This document shows positions 52,896-63,417 of a DNA stretch of 64,000 nt, one piece after another (the stretch's first letter is position 1; each line of letters opens with the position of its first letter). The translations under genes and the position numbers were made by a program. Below the pieces are notes generated by a model, which was not told the origin of the DNA, did no database searches, and worked only from the letters and a program-made list of their open reading frames with translations. The DNA lies in the NCBI GenBank assembly GCA_013416795.1, contig RQSC01000015.1, positions 617,218-681,217 on the forward strand, written 5' to 3'. This DNA comes from Prasinococcaceae sp. CCMP 1430 (lineage: Eukaryota; Plantae; Prasinodermophyta).

Positions 52896-54208
52896 CTACT
52901 CCACCCCAAAGAGCCACGTCAAGAGCATGAAGAGCCTCGCACCAGTGAAGTTGTTCGCAAGCCGCAGTGCCGCGGAAAAGCTGCGCGCGGCAGTCTGCGG
53001 CACACGAGCGTAGACGACGCGTTCGAGGCCATTGACGCACTGGTAGCGCGAGTTGGACGAGATGCCCATGCTGCGGCGCAAACGTGATGTGACGAGCGCA
53101 GCGCTGTCAGCCAAACGTAAAGGGATTGCTGTTGCAGCACCGATGGCAGAGCTCGCAATTGAAGCACCAATCCTCACCTGACCGCTCCCATTGCCGTCAC
53201 TCTGGTGAAATACCAGGCGGTAGCCACGGGCGTCATTCCTCTGAGCGGGGTGCCTGACTGCATCACGAAGATCACAAAGAGTTTGGCCAGGAGCGCCGTC
53301 AGGGCGCCGATGGTGCCATAGAGGCGCATCTTGGATACGAAACACTCCAGCCTCGCCGACAACGGAGCGCCTGGAGCTCGCTCGAACATGTGAGAGAGGG
53401 GCTCCCCCTGCCAGGCGCGGCCTCTCAAGTGGTCCTCCGCAGGAATACCATTCGCAGTGCGCGGGCTGCTCTCCGTTGTCCCCAACAAAGGCAATGTACC
53501 CTTCTCGGGGTCGACAGAGCGACCGCGTCCAGCTAGAGGCAGTGTCCTGCTCCCTTCGCCCTCGCCACGATGCCGCGCCGGGTCTCGTGCCGTCGTGGGC
53601 GCGAGGAACCACACGAGCACTATGTCGTTCTGCAGCGAGGTGACGTGTGCCAGCCAGGCGGTCGCCGTGCCAAAGGTGTAAGCGCTCAAAGACGCAGCCA
53701 GGATGGTCGCCTGGTCCTGTGCGACCTCCACGGCCAGCTTGAAGACAAAGGACGGATCAGCGGCTATGCGCGCCCGAAGGCCGACCACCAGCACATCAGC
53801 GAGCCCTGCGGCTGCGCCCGCTGCTGGCGCGCACACGGACGCCCCCGCATCTCTTGCAAATGTCAGGGCCGAGCCTATCAGGTAGCCTACCCAATAGCCA
53901 ATCCGATAGGCTATCAATAGCAGCCCGCGCGCGCGGCTGCCCTGAGCGATACCTCCCTGGCTCGCGCCCCCATTGCCGCCCGAAGCGAGCAAGCGCACCG
54001 CGCTCCCTTCATCACCAATGCCGGCGCTCTTCTCGTTCTCGAAGGTGGAGCTCGTGCGGTCGGCAGCGACGGAGCTGTTACCGGCGCCACTCATTTCAGA
54101 TGCAGCGCGTGCGGCCTGCTGGTGCTTGGCTGCAGCGCCAGTGCCAGCGCCCAGTGCGACGTGCGGCGGCAGCGCAGCGACGCCCAGATGGCCCGCCCGA
54201 GGTCCCAT
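52896..54208 (-). CDS. RETICULATA-related (DUF3411) plastid envelope protein; intron 53177-53071; start tentative
   Basis: RARIAADPSFVFKLAVEV, NDIVLVWFLAPT, HMFE...LSARLECF.SK, then spliced AVS-MGISSNSRYQCVNGLE...LRLANNFTG. Confidence 0.8.
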
Positions 54209-54665
54209 ACGCCGGCGCGAGCCCCCCCGCGCGCGCGGGGCCGTCGTGGAGTGGCACCCCCACCCCTCAGAACCGCGCGCGGCGGTGCGCGCGTGCGCGT
54301 GTGTGTGTGGCCGACGTGTGCCGCCATCACTTTTCATTTTTGTCGCGGATGGAACGATCACGAATCGATGCGAGGTGAAACAATGGATGATCCGATCCGG
54401 TTCAAGCGCATGACGATCAGGGGGGACGTTGGCCTCCAGACCCGGGGATGGCAGACGTATTGACGCAAGACCCGGGTTCTGTGCGAGGGTAGCCACACCA
54501 GACCGGAAGAGGATCCTTGCCTACGAACGTGTCCTCTGCCTCGGTGTGATTTCGGTGGTTGCTGCTGCCACTCTGCGCGGCGCGCACGTGCGCGGACGCG
54601 TCCGCGCCCCTCGAAAAGATCTAAAAGAAAAAAGGGGGCGCATCACCCCCCGTAATTATCCTCCC

Positions 54666-55400
54666 GTGTGCCTGCAGCCGCCCGTGCCCGCGCGCCGCGT
54701 GCGCACCGATTGCGGGCACGTGCACTGCGAGGTGCGCCGCCCGCGCCTCGCCGCTCGGGTGGGGCGCGCCAGGCGGACACGCGGTGCTCCGCCTGGCGTC
54801 AGCCGCGCAGTGCGAGGAGGGCAAATCGGCTGACGCCGCGCGCGCGCTCTGCTCTATGTGCGCCCGACAGGCGTGCGCCGCGATGGCACTCCGACGGGGG
54901 ATGCATGGCACCGGTGGCCGCTGCCCAGTTTGCCGCGAGGTCGTGCGTGTGGTCGAACCCGACACGGAAGGTGACGGTTCTGGCGTCGGCGGCAGCACTG
55001 AAGCGATTCGTGTGCGTCGTGAGGGAATCGAGTACCGCTTGCGCTTTGAGCGTGGCGAAGACGTGCTACGCCGTGTGCGGACAACCTTCGGAGTCCCTTG
55101 CGGCGTGCCGGTGAAGCTCGTGCGCGGCGGTGCTGTGCTAGACGCCGATGCCGTAGCGACCGCGGTGACAAAAGGCAAGCCAATGCATCTCGTGTCTGCG
55201 TCGGAATCGCCCGCGGACGAGCGCGCGCAGCGCTCGCGCGCGTACTGGGGCGCCTGGCGCACATACCTGGCGTACATCTTTGCTCGTGGACTCGAGCTCG
55301 CGACAGACGCGTGCCGTGGTCTGCCCGCCGCACTGTCGCTCTTCTTCCGGTCAGCCGTGTCACAAGGTGTGTCTCGGAGCATGCGCTTTCCCAAGGCTCA
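54666..55400 (+). CDS. RING-finger (C3HC4-like) protein with a ubiquitin-like segment and a hydrophobic C-terminus; intron 54732-54870; ends uncertain
   Basis: Spliced product VRTDCGHVHCE-ACAAM...RCPVCR, then IRVRREGIEYRL...VKLVRGGAVL (Ubl-like), then YLAYIF...LSLFFRS. The first Cys pair is not clearly recovered. Confidence 0.5.
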
Positions 55401-55749
55401 AGACGATTACCCCAGCCGAAAGAGGCGCGTGCTGCCTGCTAGCACCTACATGACTTTGTGCCCTGACGATCGCTCGCTCGCTCGCTCGCAGAGTACTCAC
55501 CAGCGCCGCACCGACACCGAGGGCACGTACGCGATGGCGAAGCGCAGGCCCTTGAGAGGGCGGCCGCTGACGCGAGGGTGCGGGGCGAGCGACGCTCGGC
55601 TGAGCTCGCGCGGAGGATGCACGGCGAGCAGCTGCAGGGCTTCCACGAGGACTGATCAGCGGCCAAGCGCGCTCTGGTCACGGCGCCCTGAGATGTACTT
55701 CAGTAATCTAGCTAGAGAATTAGCACTAGAGAGCGAGAAAGGCGCAGGA

Positions 55750-56700
55750 CTAGAGCGCAACTTGGTCGTCGCCGTCGCTGAGGTCGTCGGGATGTGGAGA
55801 GTCATCCCAGGGCGTCTTGGCTCGGCAGGCGTAGACGAGGCAGCGGCGCGAACTGTGGCTAGGAGCCTGCAGCTCGAATGGGACGCGCGCGACGTGGAAC
55901 GCGCCGCATAGAGCCTGAACGAACTCCTCCAGCACATCTACTGCGCGCACCTCCATCGCGAACCACACGACGCACCCACGACTGCCACCTTCGCCGCAAT
56001 CGGCGGCGGCGTCTGCAGCGTCGCACAGCTGCCGTGCGCACGCCACGAGCGGCGCTATTAGGCTCGGGTTGTACACGCAATCCGAGCACAGGATGGCACC
56101 CGGCGCGACCGCCCCAACGAAGTCGTCGGCGTCGAAATGTTCCCAATCGAGCTCGCTCACAATCACCGTGAACGGCTCTGCCCCCCCACCACCGGGCCCA
56201 CTTGCTCGCGCACTTTCTCTGCCAGCCCGACCGTGCGCGTCCGCTGCCCGCAGAGAATCCAAAGCACCATCGTTGAGTGCCTTCGAGCGCTGCATGAGGC
56301 GCATCTGGGGCCGCTGGTCGGTGAGCTCAGCGCGCGCGCCGAGCGCGGCTGCACAGAGACCGAGTAGGCCGGTGCCTGCGCCGAGCTCCAGCACGGCCTC
56401 GCCACGCACGTGGCACAAGCGTGCGGCCGAGAGCGCCTCGAGCATCTTGGCGAGCACCACCGCCGCATCCCACACGATCCCGCCGGTAATGCCCTTCTCG
56501 AGGTTGCTCGAGTCCGACTGGCAGCAGCGCACGCCTACGCCGCCGCACTGCAGCTCGTACTCGGGCAGCAGCTTGGACACGAACAGGTCGTGCTCATGGT
56601 CCGACGGGCAGCCGCTCTCCGCGTACACATACGCGAGGTCCTCCGCGGCGTCGTCCACTCGCAGCAGCCTGCGCTCGAGCGCGTACGCGGGCTCCGCCAT
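55750..56700 (-). CDS. Lysine methyltransferase, METTL21/Methyltransf_16 family
   Basis: TGGIVWDAAVVL, VLELGAGTGLLGL, LTDQ, SELDW, ILCSDCVYN. Confidence 0.88.
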   Translation of the reverse strand: MAEPAYALERRLLRVDDAAEDLAYVYAESGCPSDHEHDLFVSKLLPEYELQCGGVGVRCCQSDSSNLEKGITGGIVWDAAVVLAKMLEALSAARLCHVRGEAVLELGAGTGLLGLCAAALGARAELTDQRPQMRLMQRSKALNDGALDSLRAADAHGRAGRESARASGPGGGGAEPFTVIVSELDWEHFDADDFVGAVAPGAILCSDCVYNPSLIAPLVACARQLCDAADAAADCGEGGSRGCVVWFAMEVRAVDVLEEFVQALCGAFHVARVPFELQAPSHSSRRCLVYACRAKTPWDDSPHPDDLSDGDDQVAL

Positions 56701-56864
56701 CGCTGGCGTGGCGCCAGCGCGCGCGGCTTGTGACAGCGACACGGTGGTGCGAGCGCGGGCGGCCCGCTGGCGGCGCGCGCAGCACAACCCATTTGGTGTC
56801 CGTTTTGTAGTATAAAATGACATTAATTAAATAGCGTCGTTTGTCGTCGTCCAGTGCACCTCCG

Positions 56865-58325
56865 CTACCCGCGCCCGCTTTCCCCCTGTCGCGGCTCGCC
56901 GGTGCCCCCGAGCGCGATGTCGGCGACTTCCCGGCCGAGGGCGTCCGCGGGTCCAGCGGCCTTACCCATGCAGGCGCCTACGACGGTCACGCGCCCGGTA
57001 GCGCCCGCTCTCTCTGCCGCGGCCGCGCCGATGCCGCCCTGCGCGTCCACCGTCGTGACGCACGCCATCGAGCGAGCCGCGCCCACGAACGGGACGCTCG
57101 GCATGAGCGCGCGCAGCACCGACTCGAGCCACGCGGCGCTGTTCGGGTCGCCTTCAGAGGCAAGCCACTCGTCAATCTCAGCTCGGCCGACGTCTTCTGC
57201 CATGAAGTCGTTCGGGCCCCCACCGAGCTTGATGTAGTACGCATTCTCTCGCTCGGGGTAACGCACAGGTGGGAGTATGTAGACGCTACCCGACTCTACG
57301 CGGCCCTGCTCTCCACCGCTGTCGCCGCCACCGCCACCGAGCGCAAAAGCATATTTGATGGTCGGCATGTCTTTTAGCATTCCTTCGGCGACCGCGTCGT
57401 CCACCTGCAATAGCGCGACTGTGCGCCGCGACACACGGACGCCCGCAAGTGGATCGCTGCCCGTCGTGCCTTCCAGCGCACCGAAGAGGCCCCCGTCGTC
57501 CGCAGATGCTGCTAAGAGTGCGCGCGAGAGCGCCCCTCCTGCGATCACGCACCTTTCGGCATGCAGCACCTCACCCGACGCGAGGGACACTTCGACGCCG
57601 CCGCTCTCGGCACGCACCCTTGTCGCTTCGCCCGGCACGACGCGCAAGCGACCTGGGTGCTGTGCCTCAGCTGCCGCGTGGAAGGCCTCGATCATCGCCA
57701 GTGGATCGACATACCCGGCGCTCGAGTCGTAAACCGCAAAGTCAGAGCCAGGAGCCGGACTCAGATACGGCCAGCGGTCGTCGTCGCCGCCGCCCTCGCG
57801 GCCGTCGTTGCGCATTGCCGAAGACACATCCTCGAGCGACTCCCCTGCACCCTCCCGCGAGGCCTCGGCGCTCTCCCTCGCGCGCGTGACGAAATCCTTC
57901 GGACCGACCATCAGAGCGCCGCAGCACGTGAAGAAGCGCAACCCCGCGTCTGCCTCGATGCCGGCGAACGCGTCGAGCGACTGCGCGTTGCGCCGCGCCC
58001 AGTCGGTCCGCCCCTCTGCATCGGCCCCGCGCAGCAGGCGCGCGCGGTCAGCGTGGCTGCTCCCGAGGCCCACCGCTCTCCCATCGACAACGGTCACTGA
58101 CTTCACCCCGCGCTTGAGCAAGTGGCGCGCGGTTGCCGCGCCCAGTGGGCCGTCGCCAACCACGACCGCGGTCTCGTCACTCGGCCGACTGCCGCCTGCG
58201 CCCTCATCCGTGGCCGAATCCGCCCGTGCTGCCGCCATCCGCCGCGCGCGGCGCGGCGCGCGCCGCCCCGACTCGCCGATGGAGCTGACGCCACGGACGC
58301 CGCGGGCCACCGCGCACGCCGCCAT
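56865..58325 (-). CDS. FAD-dependent oxidoreductase (sarcosine oxidase/DAO family) with a transit-peptide-like N-terminus
   Basis: VVVGDGPLGAATARHL (variant GxGxxG), GSSHADRARLLR, AGYVDP, VIAGGA, VYILPPVRYP...YIKLGG, ACMGKAAGPADALG. Confidence 0.8.
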   Translation of the reverse strand: MAACAVARGVRGVSSIGESGRRAPRRARRMAAARADSATDEGAGGSRPSDETAVVVGDGPLGAATARHLLKRGVKSVTVVDGRAVGLGSSHADRARLLRGADAEGRTDWARRNAQSLDAFAGIEADAGLRFFTCCGALMVGPKDFVTRARESAEASREGAGESLEDVSSAMRNDGREGGGDDDRWPYLSPAPGSDFAVYDSSAGYVDPLAMIEAFHAAAEAQHPGRLRVVPGEATRVRAESGGVEVSLASGEVLHAERCVIAGGALSRALLAASADDGGLFGALEGTTGSDPLAGVRVSRRTVALLQVDDAVAEGMLKDMPTIKYAFALGGGGGDSGGEQGRVESGSVYILPPVRYPERENAYYIKLGGGPNDFMAEDVGRAEIDEWLASEGDPNSAAWLESVLRALMPSVPFVGAARSMACVTTVDAQGGIGAAAAERAGATGRVTVVGACMGKAAGPADALGREVADIALGGTGEPRQGESGRG

Positions 58326-58632
58326 CGACGGGCAGGTCGCCGCCACCGCACCCAGCCACTCGCTCACGCGCACGCGCGCGCGCGCGAGAGAGAGAGAGAG
58401 AGTGCCACCCCCCGCCACACCTGTCACATGCGAGCGCGCTCGCACACGCCATCGCAATCCCCTTATCCAAAATTCGCGGTGTGCGCGCCTGGCATTGGTA
58501 TCGGGGGATGCGGGCGGCGGCTGCGTGTGCGCACGCGTGGCGAGCGCCGGGGCGACGAGCGCGCCGGCGGCCTGCCTAAACTTGCGCCGCGCGCCGCGCC
58601 GCGCGTCGTCGCGCGCGAGGCGCGCCCTGTCT

Positions 58633-59892
58633 ATGGGGCGGATGGCGGGCGGCGGTGGCACGAAGCGTGCGCACAGCGGCGATGTGGCTGCTGCGGCGGC
58701 GACGGCGGCGGCGGCCGGGGGCGCCGCGGCCCAGGGCCTGAGCAAGGAGGAGCGCAAGGCGGCCAAGAAGGCGCGCAAAGAGGCGCGTCGCGCTGCACGG
58801 CGCGAGCTCATTGCGGCAGGCGACGCGTCTTTGCCCCCCGCCGCCCGTGGCGCGTCTTCGCCCCCCCCCGCCACCCAACTTGCGGATGAGCCGCAGAGCA
58901 CCGTGGGACCTTGCAACGTCTGCGGGCGCATGGGTCACCTTGGCCGCACCTGTCCAACGCGTGTGTGTCGGGCCTGCGGCAAACCCGGCCACCTGGCGAA
59001 GCACTGCCCCGCGAACGCCACGTGCTCGCATTGCGGTGTCAAGGGCCACCTACCGAAGCAGTGCACGTTCGGCGCGCAGCCGCACGAGCGCTTCCTGTAC
59101 TGCGGTGCGTTCGGCCAGCCGTGCGGATGCTTCGCGCGGCGATTCCTGGTGCCCCTGCGCCGAGCCGCTGCATCAGAAATCGACCCGGCCGACCTCCGCG
59201 CCAACGGCCGCACCGATGTTGGCACGGGCTGCGTGTCGTCTGGACTTTTCCTATCACAGTCGATGCGCGGCAATGCGAGCGTCACACTCGCGTTCGGCGG
59301 CGACAAGAAAGTAATAGAGGTGGGCGGCGCGACTACCCGCGGCCTACGGCCGGACGACGCGTCGGTGGCCGCGCGCCTACGCCTCGCCGCGAGGTCGCCG
59401 ATGAACGCCGAGGACGACGGCTTTGACGCGTCCTCGGGCACCGTGGTGGACGCCGAGCGCTACAGCGCGAGCCTCAAGCGCGGTTTTCGTGTGAGCGACG
59501 GCACGACCGAGGATGCCCTGCGCGAGATGATGGCGTCGAACGAGCGCGCAGGCGGTGCCCCGCCGTTGCTCATAATGCTCGACGCCAACGGCACGCCCAT
59601 CGAGGAGGCCTGCCGCCAGATGACAGCAGCTGCAAAGCGCGGCAAGGCGCCCGCGTCGCGAGGATGTGGCGTAGTCGTCCTGCTTGGCGACGACCGCGGC
59701 CTGCACGAGGACGATGAGCGCATGGCAGAACGGGTGGCGCAGGAGGCGGGCTCAAGCGTGCTCCGCGTGTCGCTAGGAAAGAATTCACTCTTCAGCATAC
59801 ACTCCATCATGATTGTGAACTGGGTCATGGACACACACATGCACTCGTGCAAACTCAAGGCCGCGCGAGACATGGGTGGGCGCTCGGGTTGA
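58633..59892 (+). CDS. trmY: TrmY-like SPOUT (m1-pseudouridine) methyltransferase fused to three CCHC zinc knuckles, single exon
   Basis: Knuckles CNVCGRMGHLGRTC, CRACGKPGHLAKHC, CSHCGVKGHLPKQC (58912-59064). TrmY-type motifs RRFLV, DL..NGRTDV..GCVSSGLFLSQSMR, GLRPDD, GFRV, IMLDANG, VVLLGDDRGLHEDDE, RVSLG...L...HSIMIVNWVMD. Confidence 0.85.
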   Translation: MGRMAGGGGTKRAHSGDVAAAAATAAAAGGAAAQGLSKEERKAAKKARKEARRAARRELIAAGDASLPPAARGASSPPPATQLADEPQSTVGPCNVCGRMGHLGRTCPTRVCRACGKPGHLAKHCPANATCSHCGVKGHLPKQCTFGAQPHERFLYCGAFGQPCGCFARRFLVPLRRAAASEIDPADLRANGRTDVGTGCVSSGLFLSQSMRGNASVTLAFGGDKKVIEVGGATTRGLRPDDASVAARLRLAARSPMNAEDDGFDASSGTVVDAERYSASLKRGFRVSDGTTEDALREMMASNERAGGAPPLLIMLDANGTPIEEACRQMTAAAKRGKAPASRGCGVVVLLGDDRGLHEDDERMAERVAQEAGSSVLRVSLGKNSLFSIHSIMIVNWVMDTHMHSCKLKAARDMGGRSG

Positions 59893-60040
59893 AGGAATCG
59901 GCGCCGCCTCGCACATGTAATACGTGGGTCAAATCTTGTTGTACTGTACAAACGTTGCTGAAGGCAACAACAGTCGGAGGGGAAGGGGGGGGAAGGGGCA
60001 CGCAGCCCTCAGGGGGGCGCGGCCCTGCCGCCAAAGTGCG

Positions 60041-62918
60041 TCACGCCTCGAGCGCGGCCGGCGAGGATATTTCGCCGAGCGCCATGAAGTGCTCCACGAG
60101 CCCCTTGAGAAAGGACGAGGCGGACGCCGTCTCCGAGTCGGCCACCAGCGCGCAGTGCCGCCGCGCGCGCGTGACGGCAACGTTCATGCGCCGATCGTCC
60201 GCGAGAAAGCCCACCTGGTGCGCGTCGTTGCTGCGGACGAAGCTGATGATGATGGCCTCCTTCTCACGCCCCTGAAAGCCGTCAACGGTGCTCACCTCCA
60301 CCTCAGCGAGCGCACCACCAGCCTCGGCACGCAGCTCGCGTAGGCGCGTCACCTGGGCGGCATACGGCGCGATGACACCCACATCCTGTGCAGCGACGCC
60401 CTGCGCGAGCAACGAGCGCACGTGCGCCATAGCTAGTTGCGCCTCACCCTCGTTCCACTTGCTCTCGCCCTCGTCGCAGGCAGCCTCCTCGTACCCGTCG
60501 CAGCCAGCGGTATCGAAGAGCAGTAGCACGGGCAGACCGCCCTCATCGCCCCCCAGCGCCTGCTGAGGCTTTCCTCGCCCGTCGGTCTCTGCCCCGAGCA
60601 GCTGCGCGAGCGTCCGCCGTGCGACGCTGGGGTGCGGGCGCAAGGCGCCTTCGTACAGCGCACCGCTCGCCCACCCGCATATGTCGGCGTGCATGCGGTA
60701 CTGCACGGTGAGCATCCGCGTGACCTTCTCCCCAAGCACACGGTGCAGCCGCTGGAAGAGCGTTACCCCGAGCCCGCCCTTGTCCGCTTCCGTGCTTTGT
60801 ATTGTCGGCGGCAACTGCAGATGGTCACCTGCAAGCACCGCCTTGCGGGCATGCAGAAGCGCCAACCAGCATGCTGCCTCCAGCGCCTGCGCGGCCTCAT
60901 CCACTACGCACACATCGAACTCCATCCCGTGCAGATCACGCCCGGCGGCACCCATGAGCGTTGTGGCCACCACCTGAGCACCAGCAAGCACCTCCTGCAC
61001 CGCTGCGCGCTGCCGCACGCGCTGCTCCTTGCCCAGCCGCCGGAGCTCACGCCGCGCCTCACGCCGCTCAGCACCCTTTGCGGTCACGAGCGTGCACGTG
61101 AGGTCCTTCATCTCACGGGCGATGTCAGACGCCAGTTCTGAGTTGTCCGCGCGCGCCACGTGCGCATCCAGGCAATTTGATAGCACAGCAGGCAGCATGC
61201 GCGCAGGGTGCCCAACGCGCACCACTCCACAACGCGCAGGAGCCGCGGCCAGGCGTTCCACGAGGTTGTCCACCGCCGCGTTGGATGCTGCGCAGCAAAG
61301 CACGCGGTTGCCGCGTTGGATTTCCTGCAACACGTACTCAACGACAGCGGTGGTCTTGCCAGTGCCGGGTGGGCCGTGCACGAGCGCCACATGCTGCGCA
61401 GAGAGCGCGTGGCGCACGGCCTCGCGCTGCGAGGCGTCTAGGCCGCGGTTGATCCATGCTCCTTCCTTCACCTGCACGACATTGGCGTCCGCGAAGCGCG
61501 GTTCGGCACCACCAAAGGCTACGCGCACGAGATCACCAGCGACGCCCGCGCCGTCCTCCGCGCGCGCCAGGCGCTCGCAATGCTGCCGTACAAGGCCGGG
61601 CGCAGGTAAGCAGGCGGGCACGCCCCGCGGTGATTGCGGCACTCCGTCAGCTTCGCAGCGCAAGCACAGCATCGCTCTCGCTTGCATCCACGCACCTGTC
61701 TCAGTCGCGTGTGTGTGACTTCGTTGGCAAGCTTCACTACGCGCAGTGGCACGTTCATCTCGCCGTCGGGCGGATCCTCGGCAGCTACCACGATGGCCGC
61801 GTCGTACAGGCGGTACACCACGCCCTCGCACAGCACCGCACCGTCGCCCTTCATGCGGCGCACCTGCACAATGTCATTCTGACTGACGCGGTGCTCACCA
61901 AGCGTCGCACCAGCGGACGAGGGCACCAGTCTGAGCAGGGTACGGCCCAGTAGACCAGCCTCGGCGCTCTCTAGGCGCAGGCGCGGGATGCAGCGCCCGC
62001 GTGCTGCGAGGGCGCTGCGAGGGCTCGCGGTGTCGGCGTCAGCTGATGCCCGTCTCGTACGCACGTGGGCAAGCCAAGCCACCCCACCCCCTCCATTGCC
62101 CTGCGCGCTCGAGAAAGCATGCAAACAAGAATCTGCGCGCACCTCTTAGTGCCCGCATTGCTAGCCGCGTCGGCCTCTTCGACGGCTTCTGCTGCGGCGG
62201 CGAGCTCTGCCTTGTGTTCCTCCTCAAGCAACGGCAGCGTAGCCGCCGCGAAAGCCTGAGGCGTCAGCCGCCGGCCCTCACCCTCGCCGGCGCACTCCCC
62301 CGCGGCCAGTGCGTGCCAGCCCCCGCTCTCCCTCCCCACAGCACCGGACACCGCATCGCTGATGAGCTCGTGCAAGCGGTGCTCAGCGCTCGCACGGAGG
62401 TGATCCCATAGCACCGCGCACAGCGCAGCGTCGGTCGCCAATGCGTCGCTGTTCGGCTCGGCCGTACGACCGGGAGGGAGCGCGCCCGCGGTGGCTGCTG
62501 CAGTCGGCGCATCCATGTGCACCGACAGCCACACACGCCGCGTGCCGGCGTCGACATCGCCGACACTCGCATGGGCGAGGCCAAGGTCCTCAGCGACAGC
62601 GTGCAGCCAGCGGCGGCGCCGCGCGTCCAGAGACGCTGGGAACACCACCGAGTCGTAAGGGGCTGCAAGGCTCGCTGCGGGAGCATCGGCGGCGAGGGCG
62701 CGTGCACGTCAGCGGCACGCACGCGCACGCGCTTACGACGCAGTCGTACCTTCGAGTGCAGCAGACTCATCCTGAGCCCCTGTGCCGCCTTCTGTCGCCC
62801 CCGGCTTGCCAGGCCCTCTGCCGCCGGCCCTGGCCTCCTGCCTCGCGCGTCGCCGCGCAGCAAACGCCTCGCGCCGCCGCGTCGCTGCTCCTGCCTTGTC
62901 TTCCTTGCCGGATGGCAT
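60041..62918 (-). CDS. IGHMBP2: IGHMBP2/SMUBP-2-like SF1B (Upf1-family) helicase with an N-terminal R3H domain; 4 exons
   Basis: R3H VVFPASLDARRRRWLHAVAEDLGLAHASVG; domain 1B GRCIPRL..ESAEAGLLGRT...KLANEVT..R; LDASQ..AV, HGPPGTGKTT, CAASNAAVDNL, VRVGHPAR, DEAAQALE, GDHLQLPPTI, LTVQYRMH, TVDGFQGREKE, RRMNVAVTRARR. Introns 62749-62663, 62142-~62021, ~61694-~61582. Confidence 0.9.
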
Positions 62919-63417
62919 TGCGCGCACGCGCGCGCGAGTGGCGCGGAGAGCGCGCGGCGGGGCGCAGCAGGCGCGTGGCGGGAAGCGGCCGGCGTGAGGC
63001 CCCCCGAAGGCGCCGGTGCGCCCGGCTTGGCGCACGCGGTGTGGCACGCCCCGCATCGACTCGACTGTACCATCGGAGTTGGCCTGCTGCAGCTGTGATT
63101 GGACATTCATTTTGAACTACGGATCGAGCAAGCGTCGTCAGCGCGCGTCCCGCCGCGCCACTGCGCGCGCCCGGGGCACCGCAGGCGACGACCGCGCGGC
63201 GCGGGGCCGCACCCTGCCGGCCCGAGCGTGCGCCCGCGGGATCGATTGCGCTGCTCGTCGCGGAGTGGTCGAGAAGGGAGCCACGCCCAGCGCGAGCGCG
63301 GTGCGAGGCAACGCTTGTGCGGTGCAGCAGTGCGCGCGGATTCATAGATCCCGCCTAATAAGGGGGGGGGCAGGTGCAGCAGCAGGGAGGGGTGCGCGGC
63401 GAGCGGTATGAACGCCC

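Noticed and set aside
211-62749. Introner-like repeated introns
   Set aside because: The introns share only splice signals and generic GC runs, with no extended identity between them.
58633-62918. Functional cluster of TrmY and IGHMBP2 (both tRNA-linked), or of NPL4/PSMA2/ECM29 (proteasome)
   Set aside because: Convergent or distant placement in a gene-dense eukaryotic genome is expected by chance; it would need conserved synteny to count.
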